A stretch of DNA of 64,000 nt from Clostridia bacterium (GCA_017479865.1 JAFVBS010000027.1:108-64107); one strand, 5' to 3'; shown: positions 1 to 8,624, counted from the stretch's first letter. Notes: generated by a model not told the origin, from the sequence alone. Made by a program: numbers and translations.

Positions 1-1
1 C

Positions 2-379
2 AAAGCAGTGAATAAAACATATTATTTAGGAAATAAAAGTGCCGAAACAAGAACAAAGAGTGACAAGTTATGGTTATTAGCATGTTCTGAAATTTGGCCA
101 CAAAATTCAGTTACTGATCCACATTATGCCCTTGCACCGGGAGATGAAACAGGGGAAAAGGGCCAATACCCATTATATAAAACGTTAGTAGGTTCGAAAG
201 CTTACAGCAACAAAAACTCAAATCTAGTAAAAAAACTAAACAACAGCTCGAACCACTGGTGGCTTCGTTCGCCTTCTTACGCCTACAGCAGCGCCTTCTG
301 CTTTGTCTACTCGATCGGCTATTGCTACAATTACGACGCTAGCACCGGCCTTGGGGTTGCCCCGGGCTTTTGTATCTAA
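2..379 (+). CDS. C-terminal part of a secreted/surface protein (DUF6273-like, WWLRSP motif); 5' end lies outside the window
   Basis: Frame is open to the window edge and ends at TAA 377-379. The tail ...DKLWLLACSEIW...HWWLRSP...GVAPGFCI resembles Firmicute DUF6273 / C-type-lectin-like C-termini. The last ~45 codons are compositionally aberrant (see findings). Confidence 0.6.
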   Translation, partial: KAVNKTYYLGNKSAETRTKSDKLWLLACSEIWPQNSVTDPHYALAPGDETGEKGQYPLYKTLVGSKAYSNKNSNLVKKLNNSSNHWWLRSPSYAYSSAFCFVYSIGYCYNYDASTGLGVAPGFCI

Positions 380-520
380 CATCTTACGGTTAACATAAAA
401 CAAAAACACAGGAAAATGGATAAAAGTAGCACTTTATATCAATAGCTCTTTATTTCTTGCTCAAAATATGATATGATTAATACCAAATATAAAAAATAGT
501 GGAGAAGATAAAGGTAAAAC

Positions 521-1333
521 ATGGACAAACAGGAATTTTTAAGCAAGTACCCAAAGCAGGAAGAAAAACTTTTAATTGCAAAAGTATTAGATAAATTGCA
601 GTTTATGCAAGCAAAAAATGAAGTACAAACAACCCAGTTTTTAGATGATCATGAACAAAACATTGTACAAAAACTATGCAAGGCATTTCAAATTGAAAAT
701 GCCAGTTTAGAAGGTGGCTACGAAAAAGCGGAAAGAAAAGTGTTATTGCTTTATCCAGACAAGCTATCTACTGTTTTTCAAAATCAAAAAAACAAAATAT
801 TGAACCAGCAATTAGCAGTTATTTCAATCACTTTGCCAAATGAACTAATAGGAAAATACCAGCATAGAAACTATTTGAGCGCTATTATCAAATTAGGAAT
901 GAACCGAGAAAAAGTAGGGGATATTTTGGTAAGGGAGAATGGGGCAGATATTTTAGTAAAAAAAGAAGTGGCCTCTTATTTACAAGACGATTTAAGAAAG
1001 CTTACTCGTTTTCAAAAAGCAGAGATAGTAATTAGGCCAATAGCAGAATTGCAATTAGTAGAAAATAAAAAGGAAAGCATTTGCATTTTAGTTCCACAAT
1101 TAAGAGTGGATTGTGTCATTTCAGAATTGCTACATCTTTCAAGAAGCAAAACCACAGAAATGATTGAGCAAGAAAGAATTTTTGTGAATTACGAATTAAA
1201 AACAAAAGCATCATTTTTACTGAAAGAAAACGATATTTTAACCATTCGTGGAAAAGGAAAATACCAAATAGGAAAAATGGTTGGTGAATCTAGTAAGGGC
1301 AAAATGAGATTAGAAGTTGAAAAATATATATAA
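521..1333 (+). CDS. ylmH: YlmH-like S4-domain RNA-binding protein
   Basis: 270 aa. C-terminal S4 module (RVDCVISELLHLSRSKTTEMIEQERIFVN...ILTIRGKGKY) and overall length fit YlmH. RBS ggagaag lies upstream. Confidence 0.8.
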   Translation: MDKQEFLSKYPKQEEKLLIAKVLDKLQFMQAKNEVQTTQFLDDHEQNIVQKLCKAFQIENASLEGGYEKAERKVLLLYPDKLSTVFQNQKNKILNQQLAVISITLPNELIGKYQHRNYLSAIIKLGMNREKVGDILVRENGADILVKKEVASYLQDDLRKLTRFQKAEIVIRPIAELQLVENKKESICILVPQLRVDCVISELLHLSRSKTTEMIEQERIFVNYELKTKASFLLKENDILTIRGKGKYQIGKMVGESSKGKMRLEVEKYI

Positions 1334-1338
1334 AAAAG

Positions 1339-1369
1339 ACCTCCCGAGCTACATTGTGGCTCGGGAGGT
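1339..1369. terminator. GC-rich hairpin between convergent genes (bidirectional terminator)
   Basis: acctcccgagc (1339-1349) pairs perfectly with gctcgggaggt (1359-1369). On the minus strand it is followed by cttttttat. Confidence 0.7.
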
Positions 1370-1375
1370 TGAGGT

Positions 1376-1789
1376 TTAATCTTTTACATTGACTTGTAGC
1401 AACTCATAAAATCTTAATAGTTTCTGATCTGTTTCAGCATTCGAAGAAGAGTAGATGTCTACAATGAGCTTGTTATCATTCAAACTTAAAGTAATAGGGA
1501 AATTGAATGTGTTTGCAAAGTTAATTGCACTCAAACAAGCTGCTAGCTTTGACTCACGCATGTTAGCCTTAAAAGAGAAGGTCTTTTCTCCATTTAAAAG
1601 AATTGCCACCGTGCTGGTATGCTGGTTACCTGTCTTTTCCTCTATCCTTGTACGCGTTAAAAAAGCGGTAGAAGGAAGAACGAAGCCGTCTCCTTGCCGA
1701 ACAAGAATTAGAAACTGTGACCGTCCTTTCAAGAAGGAAACTTCTAGAGGAATTTTGATAGTTCTAAGAAGGTTGCTGCAAATTTCCAT
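1376..1789 (-). CDS. hypothetical protein (137 aa)
   Basis: Internal ATG at 1789 has RBS gaaagagg 9 nt upstream, and the terminator follows directly downstream. The longer 181-aa ORF upstream of this ATG has no RBS. No family recognised. Confidence 0.5.
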   Translation of the reverse strand: MEICSNLLRTIKIPLEVSFLKGRSQFLILVRQGDGFVLPSTAFLTRTRIEEKTGNQHTSTVAILLNGEKTFSFKANMRESKLAACLSAINFANTFNFPITLSLNDNKLIVDIYSSSNAETDQKLLRFYELLQVNVKD

Positions 1790-1893
1790 GCTGTAAAACC
1801 TCTTTCTTTGTATAAAATTTTCAAGGAACTTTGCCCTTATATCATTATTATACCAAAAATAGGGGAAAACGTCAAATTCAACAAAATTAATGT

Positions 1894-1922
1894 TTGCAAT
1901 TATGTGGCAAGTCTGGTACAAT
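1894..1922 (+). promoter_or_regulatory. sigma-A-type promoter upstream of recG
   Basis: TTGCAA (1894-1899), 17 nt spacer, TACAAT (1917-1922). Confidence 0.5.
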
Positions 1923-1971
1923 AGAATTACTAGTCATAGAAAATACAAAAAATTAAAATAAGGAGAAGTAC

Positions 1972-4038
1972 ATGGCCGATTTAAAACAAAGTGTACAATA
2001 TATCAAAGGTGTTGGACCAAATAGAGCAGCAGCCTTCAATAGCATAGGAATTAACACGGTAGAAGATTTACTCACTCATTTTCCAAGAGAATATGAAGAA
2101 AGAAGCAAACGCAAAAAAATAGCAGAGCTTCAAAATGGGGAGGAAGCCACTATTACAGCAAGAGTTGTGGCTGAGGTATCTGTCAACCGTATTCGTAAAA
2201 ATATGACCATTTTAAAAACCATTGTAGAAGATGATACGGGAAGATGTACGGTTACTTGGTTTAATCAAGTGTATATCAAGCAAAATATTAAAAGAGGAGA
2301 AACATACCATTTTTTTGGAAAATTCTCCAATAATTTTGGAAGAATAGAAGTGAATACGCCTGTATTTGATAAAGTAGGACAGGAAAAAAACACAGGAAAA
2401 ATGATGCCAGTATATAGTTCTACCTATCAATTATCACAAACGGCAATTAGGCAGGCAGTAGAAAATGCCTTAAAAACAGTAAAAGGTGACTTGCCAGAAA
2501 CCATCCCAGAATATTTATTACAAGAGTATCAGTTAATGGATAGGATGATGGCACTTTCTCAAATTCATTTTCCACATTCGAAGGAGGAGCAACTTAGAGC
2601 AAGAAAAAGGCTTGTTTTCGAAGAATTTTTCCTTTTACAATTAGCATTATTAGAACTAAAAAATCAAAATGAACAAGTGCAAGGAATTGCATTTGATAAA
2701 AACATAAAAATGTCTGATGTAATTAATCAGCTTCCCTTCAAGTTAACCAAAGCACAACTTCGTGTGCTAGAAGAAATTGATAACGATATGGAAAGTAACA
2801 AAAACATGAACCGCTTATTGCAAGGAGATGTTGGCTCTGGAAAAACAGTAGTAGCAATTGTCGCAGCCTATAAAGCGGTAAAATCAGGTTACCAAGTGGC
2901 GGTTATGGCACCAACTGCTATTTTGGCAACACAGCATTTGGAAGAGTTTCAAAAAATGTTACAGCCATTTGGCATTAATTGTAGACTTTTACTAGGAGCA
3001 ACCAAACCAAAAGAAAAACAAGAAATTCTAGAGCAGCTAGAGAATGGTGAAATTGATGTCATTATTGGAACACATTCCCTTATTTCCGAAAATGTTACTT
3101 TTGCCAAATTAGGGCTTGCCATTACCGATGAACAACATCGCTTTGGGGTAAAACAAAGAGCTACCATCAGTAGCAAAGGGCAAAACCCAGATGTGCTCGT
3201 TATGACAGCAACACCAATTCCACGAACTTTGGCACTCATTGTATATGGAGATTTGGACATTTCCATTATTGATGAGCTTCCTCCTAACCGCAAAAAAATT
3301 GAAACCTATGCAGTAACAAAAAGAATGGAGGAAAGAGTAAATGGCTTTATTCGTCAAAACATTGCAGAGGGCAGGCAAGTTTATGTGGTATGTCCTTTGG
3401 TAGAAGAAAAAGAAGGAGAGGAAGATGAAGGAAAGGCTGAATTAAAGTCTGTGAAAGAATGGACAGAAAAATATCAACATGAGGTATTCCCAGAATATCG
3501 TGTTGCATGTGTTTATGGCAAAATGAAGCCAAAAGAAAAAGACAGTATCATGGAACAATTTAAAAATGGCGAAATTGATATTTTGGTTTCTACTACTGTT
3601 ATTGAAGTAGGGGTAAATGTACCAAATGCCAGCATTATGGTAGTAGAAAATGCAGAGCGATTTGGATTATCGCAGCTCCATCAATTAAGAGGAAGAGTGG
3701 GAAGAGGACAGTATCAATCCTATTGTATTTTAAAATATAACAGCAAGTGTAGTGATGTTGCAAGAGAAAGAATGAAAACGATGCAAGAAACTAACGATGG
3801 ATTTGTTATTGCGGAAAAAGACTTAGAACTTCGTGGAACGGGAGAGTTCTTTGGCACCAAGCAACATGGCCTTCCTGAATTTAAAATTGCCAATATTTTT
3901 GTGGATATGCCAATGCTTAAATCGGTACAAAGTGTGGCTCAAAAAATAGAAGCAGAAGACCCAGGTTTACAATCAGAAAAAAATGGGCTACTTCGTAAAG
4001 CAGTGGATGAAAAGCTAAAACAACAAATTTCGCTATAA
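1972..4038 (+). CDS. recG: ATP-dependent DNA helicase RecG
   Basis: 688 aa. Has an N-terminal wedge/OB region, helicase motifs GDVGSGKT and DEQHRFG, and C-terminal LHQLRGRVGRG. RBS aaggag. Confidence 0.95.
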   Translation: MADLKQSVQYIKGVGPNRAAAFNSIGINTVEDLLTHFPREYEERSKRKKIAELQNGEEATITARVVAEVSVNRIRKNMTILKTIVEDDTGRCTVTWFNQVYIKQNIKRGETYHFFGKFSNNFGRIEVNTPVFDKVGQEKNTGKMMPVYSSTYQLSQTAIRQAVENALKTVKGDLPETIPEYLLQEYQLMDRMMALSQIHFPHSKEEQLRARKRLVFEEFFLLQLALLELKNQNEQVQGIAFDKNIKMSDVINQLPFKLTKAQLRVLEEIDNDMESNKNMNRLLQGDVGSGKTVVAIVAAYKAVKSGYQVAVMAPTAILATQHLEEFQKMLQPFGINCRLLLGATKPKEKQEILEQLENGEIDVIIGTHSLISENVTFAKLGLAITDEQHRFGVKQRATISSKGQNPDVLVMTATPIPRTLALIVYGDLDISIIDELPPNRKKIETYAVTKRMEERVNGFIRQNIAEGRQVYVVCPLVEEKEGEEDEGKAELKSVKEWTEKYQHEVFPEYRVACVYGKMKPKEKDSIMEQFKNGEIDILVSTTVIEVGVNVPNASIMVVENAERFGLSQLHQLRGRVGRGQYQSYCILKYNSKCSDVARERMKTMQETNDGFVIAEKDLELRGTGEFFGTKQHGLPEFKIANIFVDMPMLKSVQSVAQKIEAEDPGLQSEKNGLLRKAVDEKLKQQISL

Positions 4039-4044
4039 ATTGAC

Positions 4045-4073
4045 TTGACTTTAGACAAAAAAAACAATATGAT
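4045..4073 (+). promoter_or_regulatory. sigma-A-type promoter
   Basis: TTGACT (4045-4050), 17 nt spacer, TATGAT (4068-4073). Confidence 0.55.
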
Positions 4074-4105
4074 ATAGTTAAATACTAAATGAAGGAGGCA
4101 AGCCT

Positions 4106-4981
4106 ATGAGTACGCAAATGCTAACCTCAAAAATGGGTGGAGAATTAATTAGCTTTAAAGTAAATGGCGAAGAGAAAATTCACCAAGGAGAAAGTATTAT
4201 TGATGAAAATGGAAAGGTATATTGGAAGAGGCATTCACCAGTATTGTTTCCTATTGTAGGCAAGCTAAAGAAAAATCAAACTTTAATTGGAGGAAGAACT
4301 TATGAACTTCCACAACATGGGTTTGCAAGAAATTTAGAATTTGAACCAATTACTAAATTGGACAATTTCCATTCATATGTATTAAAAAGTAATGAATATA
4401 CGTTATTGAAATATCCTTATGAATTTGAATTATATAATACCTATCGCACAGAAGGAAGTAAATTAACTACCATTTATAAAGTGGTCAATACGGGGCTGAT
4501 TAACTTGCCTTTCGGCATTGGAGGGCACCCTGCTTTTGCCATTAACCAGGATGATTTGAAAAAAGGTAACTATTACTTAGAATTTGAACAAGAGGAAGAA
4601 AAAATTCACTTTTTGTATTTAGTGGATGGCTTAATTGCTACACAATATGCTAAAGATATTTTAGTAGATAAAAAAAGAATTCTAATTGATTCTCATAGCT
4701 TTGACAATGATGCCATTATTATGAAAGGCATTAATTGTCATAAAATTAGCTTAAAAAATAAAAGGACAGCAAGAACAATTTTAACAATGGACTTTACAGG
4801 GTTTCCATATTTAGCAGTTTGGTCAAAGCCGAATGCTCCATTCCTTTGCATTGAACCATGGTGCTCTACAGCCGATAATGTCAATAGTACAGGGGTATTT
4901 ACACAAAAACAAGATATTATTTCATTAAAGCCAAAGGATGTGTTTGAATGCAAATATACAGTAGAGTTCTTTGAAAAATAA
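4106..4981 (+). CDS. aldose 1-epimerase family protein (LacX-like)
   Basis: 291 aa. Motifs HSPVLFPIVG, LPQHGFAR, GGHPAF and FLCIEPW are typical of the mutarotase superfamily. RBS gaaggagg. Confidence 0.8.
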   Translation: MSTQMLTSKMGGELISFKVNGEEKIHQGESIIDENGKVYWKRHSPVLFPIVGKLKKNQTLIGGRTYELPQHGFARNLEFEPITKLDNFHSYVLKSNEYTLLKYPYEFELYNTYRTEGSKLTTIYKVVNTGLINLPFGIGGHPAFAINQDDLKKGNYYLEFEQEEEKIHFLYLVDGLIATQYAKDILVDKKRILIDSHSFDNDAIIMKGINCHKISLKNKRTARTILTMDFTGFPYLAVWSKPNAPFLCIEPWCSTADNVNSTGVFTQKQDIISLKPKDVFECKYTVEFFEK

Positions 4982-5027
4982 TTGTAGACCAATTTTTTTC
5001 CAAATCAGCTTATTTCTTAAGAGAGGA

Positions 5028-5231
5028 ATGATTGTAATCATGGGAAAAATTATTTTAATATTCATTGGACTATTGTTAGCAACATTAGGTATTGTGATGA
5101 TATTTGATGCACGCCTGCTTACCAAAAAACTTTTTAGCTTTGGTGACCAAAATGAAGGGGCAATGGGAATGAAATTATTTGGCTTTTTCTTTTCTTTAGT
5201 CGGTGGAATCATGATATTAGTCAATATTTGA
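5028..5231 (+). CDS. small hydrophobic membrane protein
   Basis: Two predicted TM helices (IILIFIGLLLATLGIVMIF; FGFFFSLVGGIMILV). Start is uncertain (ATG 5028 or 5040, after gagagga). TGA stop. Confidence 0.4.
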   Translation: MIVIMGKIILIFIGLLLATLGIVMIFDARLLTKKLFSFGDQNEGAMGMKLFGFFFSLVGGIMILVNI

Positions 5232-5276
5232 AAACAATAGTATATTAGCTATAAAAAATAATAAAAGGAGCAAAAG

Positions 5277-5615
5277 ATGGTAATCATATATCTTTTAGTA
5301 TTTGTTATATTTGCATTAGTAGCAACAGCAATATTTCAAATACGTATGGCTGGAATTAAAGTTAAAGATTTTTGGGGATTTATTCAGGCAAATGAAATGT
5401 TGGACAAATTATATAATTTTTCAAAAAGATATAAAATGATGAGTCCACAAGAACAAGTAATATTTTTGGCAGAAGCTGAAAAGGTTTTTGATGCCTATGA
5501 TAAAATTCCAAGTATGATATGGGAAGATGAATATCGTAAATATTCTGATGTATTAGAAACATATAAAAATATTCGTGTGATGAGATGGAGCGAGCAGCAA
5601 GAAGAAGGAAAGTAG
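5277..5615 (+). CDS. hypothetical N-terminally membrane-anchored protein (112 aa)
   Basis: RBS aaaggag 7 nt upstream. N-terminal TM helix. No family recognised. Confidence 0.5.
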   Translation: MVIIYLLVFVIFALVATAIFQIRMAGIKVKDFWGFIQANEMLDKLYNFSKRYKMMSPQEQVIFLAEAEKVFDAYDKIPSMIWEDEYRKYSDVLETYKNIRVMRWSEQQEEGK

Positions 5616-5621
5616 AATATA

Positions 5622-5665
5622 GCACCACTAATGTAAAAAAATTAGCATTAGGAGGTGCCTTTTTT
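5622..5665 (+). terminator. rho-independent terminator
   Basis: gcaccactaatg pairs with cattaggaggtgc, followed by cttttttat. Confidence 0.6.
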
Positions 5666-5755
5666 ATGTCATTGAAAAAAATGATTCAATCAATGAGTTT
5701 ATGTGTTAAAAAGTGAAAAAGTACATATAATACAAAGAGAAAAATAGAAAAATAA

Positions 5756-5784
5756 GTTTGAAAAATGGTTTTATTTTTTCAAAC
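5756..5784. repeat. AT-rich inverted repeat GTTTGAAAAA/TTTTTCAAAC (copy 1 of 3)
   Basis: 10-bp stem: 5756-5765 pairs with 5775-5784. It lies just upstream of the desulfurase RBS. Confidence 0.6.
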
Positions 5785-5816
5785 AGATTGATAGTATGGG
5801 AAGGAATTTTATAAAA

Positions 5817-6947
5817 ATGAAAATACGATATTTTGACCATGCTGCCACAACTCCCGTGAGTGAAGTGGTGTTAAAGGAAATGCTACCTTATTTTAATAGG
5901 GAATATGGAAATGCTTCTTCTATGTATTCCTTGGGAAGAAGCGCTAAAAGAGCATTAGAAGAAGCAAGAAACAGAGTAGCAAATGCTATTGGAGCAAAAA
6001 AACATGAAATCTATTTTACTTCCTGTGGTAGTGAAAGTGATAATTTGGCAATTAAAGGAGTTGCTTATGCAAACAGAGAAAAAGGAAATCATATTATTAC
6101 CAGCAAAATAGAACATCCTGCAGTATTAAATACTTGTAGAACACTAGAAAAGCAGGGATTTGAAGTAACTTATTTGAATGTGGATAGTAATGGCTTTGTT
6201 GATTTAGAGCAATTAGTGGGCTCTATTCGAAAAAGTACCATTTTAATTACCATTATGTTTGCCAATAACGAAATAGGAACTATTGAACCAATTCAAAAAA
6301 TAGCAGAAATTGCACACAATCATCATATTATTTTTCATACCGATAGTGTTCAAGCAGTGGGAAATGTCAAAATTAATGTAGAGGATTACCATATTGACTT
6401 ATTATCTATGTCAGGACATAAATTATATGCACCAAAGGGAATTGGGGCGTTATATGTAAAAGAAGGAATTGCTTTTGAAAAAATACAAGATGGGGGGCAT
6501 CAAGAAAAAGACAAGCGCGCGGGTACAGAGAATGTAGCGGAAATTGTTGGACTGGGAAAGGCAATTGAAGAGATATATGGAAATTATGAACAGTATAATC
6601 AACATTTGCTAAATTTACGAGAACAATATATTCAGCAAATAGAGCAATTAATTCCACAAGCGAAACTCAATGGAGATAGAAATAAAAGGCTTCCTGGCAA
6701 TGCTAACTTTTCATTTCCTAATATGAATGGGCAAGAATTACTTTTAAAATTAGATGAAGTTGGTATTTGTGCTTCAAGTGGTTCAGCTTGTAGCACGGGG
6801 TCAGAAGCTCCTTCTCATGTATTAACTGCTATTGGATTAAAACCAGAATTAGCACAAGGAGCATTAAGAATTACTTTTGGAAAGGATAACACAGTAGAAG
6901 ATGTTAACTACCTGGTCAACAAAATAGTACAAATTATAAAAAAGTAG
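5817..6947 (+). CDS. nifS: cysteine desulfurase (NifS/IscS class V aminotransferase)
   Basis: YFDHAATTP N-terminus, PLP lysine context SMSGHKLYAPKGIG, active-site loop SSGSACS. Start is placed at ATG 5817, after ggaagga. Confidence 0.9.
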   Translation: MKIRYFDHAATTPVSEVVLKEMLPYFNREYGNASSMYSLGRSAKRALEEARNRVANAIGAKKHEIYFTSCGSESDNLAIKGVAYANREKGNHIITSKIEHPAVLNTCRTLEKQGFEVTYLNVDSNGFVDLEQLVGSIRKSTILITIMFANNEIGTIEPIQKIAEIAHNHHIIFHTDSVQAVGNVKINVEDYHIDLLSMSGHKLYAPKGIGALYVKEGIAFEKIQDGGHQEKDKRAGTENVAEIVGLGKAIEEIYGNYEQYNQHLLNLREQYIQQIEQLIPQAKLNGDRNKRLPGNANFSFPNMNGQELLLKLDEVGICASSGSACSTGSEAPSHVLTAIGLKPELAQGALRITFGKDNTVEDVNYLVNKIVQIIKK

Positions 6948-6954
6948 TCCAAAA

Positions 6955-6980
6955 CACTAGTCAAAAGCTAGTGCTTTTTG
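6955..6980. terminator. weak hairpin terminator between convergent genes
   Basis: cactag (6955-6960) pairs with ctagtg (6968-6973), followed by ctttttg. Confidence 0.45.
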
Positions 6981-7022
6981 TTATAATAATATTAACTTAT
7001 TAGTTAAAATAAAATCAAAAAG

Positions 7023-7232
7023 TTATTTTTTATCTGGTATGTATTCTAATAAATCAGAAATCTCACAATCAAATGCTTTACAAATGTTATTAAGTTGAGC
7101 AATATCTACTCTTTTAGTCTCTTCATAGTACATTTTTGAGATTGTAGCTGGACGAATGTGTGTGACGTCCGAAAGAGCTTTTTGAGTCATTTTATGCTTA
7201 CCAAGTAAGTCAGATAATTTAATTTTAATCAT
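7023..7232 (-). CDS. XRE-family helix-turn-helix transcriptional regulator (69 aa)
   Basis: MIKIKLSDLLGKHKMTQKALSDVTHIRPATISKMY... is a Cro/CI-type HTH. RBS gaaagg lies 9 nt before ATG 7232. The 5' extension of the 199-aa ORF is low-complexity and unsupported. Confidence 0.85.
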   Translation of the reverse strand: MIKIKLSDLLGKHKMTQKALSDVTHIRPATISKMYYEETKRVDIAQLNNICKAFDCEISDLLEYIPDKK

Positions 7233-7398
7233 ATTATTCAACCTTTCTATTTGGATTTGAACAGATGACGAAAAATGTCGTATTTTGTCTTTTACTTGTA
7301 TTTTACCATGACATATATTAAAATAACATAATAAGAGCGAAACATAACGACAAAAGTAATAAAAAGTTATGTTAAAGTAACAAAAAGAGGTGAATTCA

Positions 7399-7632
7399 AT
7401 GAACATTCTTAATTTTAAAAGAAAAAAACGAGAACTAATGAATAGGGGATGGAAAGAAAAAAATGAGGAATATTTAGAACAACTACAAAGATTTTTAGAT
7501 ATTGCTGACAATATTGAAGAGCAAAATTTAAGAAAAACAGTCATTGCACAAATGCTAAAATGTGATTTAATTTTGACGCAGCTTGCAGAAAAAGAATTTA
7601 GTAAATATGAGGAAAAATCCAAAAATAGTTGA
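7399..7632 (+). CDS. hypothetical small protein (77 aa), divergent from the XRE gene
   Basis: RBS aaagagg 8 nt before ATG 7399. Charged helical sequence, no family recognised. Confidence 0.45.
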   Translation: MNILNFKRKKRELMNRGWKEKNEEYLEQLQRFLDIADNIEEQNLRKTVIAQMLKCDLILTQLAEKEFSKYEEKSKNS

Positions 7633-7690
7633 ATAAAACAAAATTACAAAACAAATACTAATAGTAAAATAATCTAAAAGAGAGATAAGC

Positions 7691-8041
7691 ATGTTCAAAA
7701 AAATTTTAATAGGATTAGTAAGTGGATTGATTTGCGGATTATTTACAGCAGGAGGAGGGCTTATTTTAGTGCCAGCGTTCTTATATATGCTAAAGATGGA
7801 ACCAAAAAAAGCAAGGGCAATTTCTGTTTTTTGTATGTTACCAATGGTAATGGCTACTGCTTTTTTTTATGGACAAGGTCATTTTATTGATTGGCAAATA
7901 GGAATAAAATGCGCTATAGGGGGAGTAATTGGTGGCATATTAGGGGCAAAATTATTGAACAAAATACCAGATCAATATATTCGAATTGCCTTTATTATTT
8001 TCCTCATTTATGCAGGAATTCATATGCTTATCCAATCATAG
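7691..8041 (+). CDS. TSUP (TauE/SafE, DUF81) family permease, half-size 4-TM protein
   Basis: 116 aa. GLFTAGGGLILVPAF and GGVIGGILGAKL motifs are typical of TSUP repeat units. Confidence 0.8.
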   Translation: MFKKILIGLVSGLICGLFTAGGGLILVPAFLYMLKMEPKKARAISVFCMLPMVMATAFFYGQGHFIDWQIGIKCAIGGVIGGILGAKLLNKIPDQYIRIAFIIFLIYAGIHMLIQS

Positions 8042-8049
8042 GAGGTTGC

Positions 8050-8443
8050 ATGATTGAAATACTAATAGGTTTTATATCGGGAATTATTAGCCGGAATGGG
8101 GCTTGGAGGAGGTACAATATTAATCCTTCTCCTTTCTCTTTTAAGAGGAATGGACCAGCATGTAGCGCAAGCTACCAATTTAGTATTTTTTATTCCTACT
8201 GCTATAGCAGCCGTGATAGTGGGAATGAAAAATAAAAATATTCAAATAAAACTTGCCATGCCAATCATTATTTTTGGAACGATAGGAGCAGCAATAGGTG
8301 CTAATTTTAGTATGCATATGGAGGCTACCATACTAAGAAAAATGTTTGGAATTTTTTTGCTATGTATTGCTATGTATGAAATTCATTTTTGGTATCAAAG
8401 GTATATAAAAGCAAAAATGACACATACTAAAGATAAAACATAA
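8050..8443 (+). pseudogene. second half-size TSUP permease, apparent +1 frameshift near 8089-8096
   Basis: Strong RBS taggagg, then ATG 8050 gives MIEILIGFISGIIS. The frame then breaks and the family-typical GMGLGGGTILILL... continues in the +1 frame (ORF 8096-8443). Removing one C at 8091/8092 restores a single ORF. Confidence 0.6.
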
Positions 8444-8460
8444 CAAGGAGGAAAAGAAAC

Positions 8461-8601
8461 ATGAAATTTGTTAAAGGAATGATATTGGGGGGAATTATGA
8501 CAGCAGGAATTGCCATGGCATATGCAGGAACAATGGAACAAAGCAAAAGAAGAATGATGAAAAAAGGAAGAAAAATGGCTAAAAAAATGGGAATTCTATA
8601 A
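8461..8601 (+). CDS. small membrane/basic peptide (46 aa), not in the ORF track
   Basis: Strong RBS aaggagg 9 nt before ATG 8461. Sequence MKFVKGMILGGIMTAGIAMAYAGTMEQSKRRMMKKGRKMAKKMGIL, TAA stop at 8599-8601. Confidence 0.45.
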   Translation: MKFVKGMILGGIMTAGIAMAYAGTMEQSKRRMMKKGRKMAKKMGIL

Positions 8602-8624
8602 GAAAATGGTTGAAATAAATTAGA

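Noticed and set aside
1455-1796. 113-aa plus-strand ORF antisense to the 1376-1789 gene
   Set aside because: It has no RBS, its sequence is junk-like, and it runs into the divergent promoter region. The minus-strand ORF has an RBS and is followed by a proper terminator.
5666-5716. 16-codon ORF (MSLKKMIQSMSLCVKK) after an aggagg inside the terminator, upstream of the cysteine desulfurase, as a Cys/Met-sensing leader peptide
   Set aside because: The Shine-Dalgarno sequence is part of the terminator stem. The peptide has only one Cys, and I see no alternative-pairing logic linking it to the downstream hairpin. The idea is speculative.
7233-7622. 5' extension of the 199-aa minus-strand ORF containing the XRE gene
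   Set aside because: The upstream 130 codons are low-complexity (F/S/C/L-rich), lack an RBS, and overlap the better-supported plus-strand ORF 7399-7632. Only the 69-aa HTH protein starting at ATG 7232 has an RBS and family similarity.
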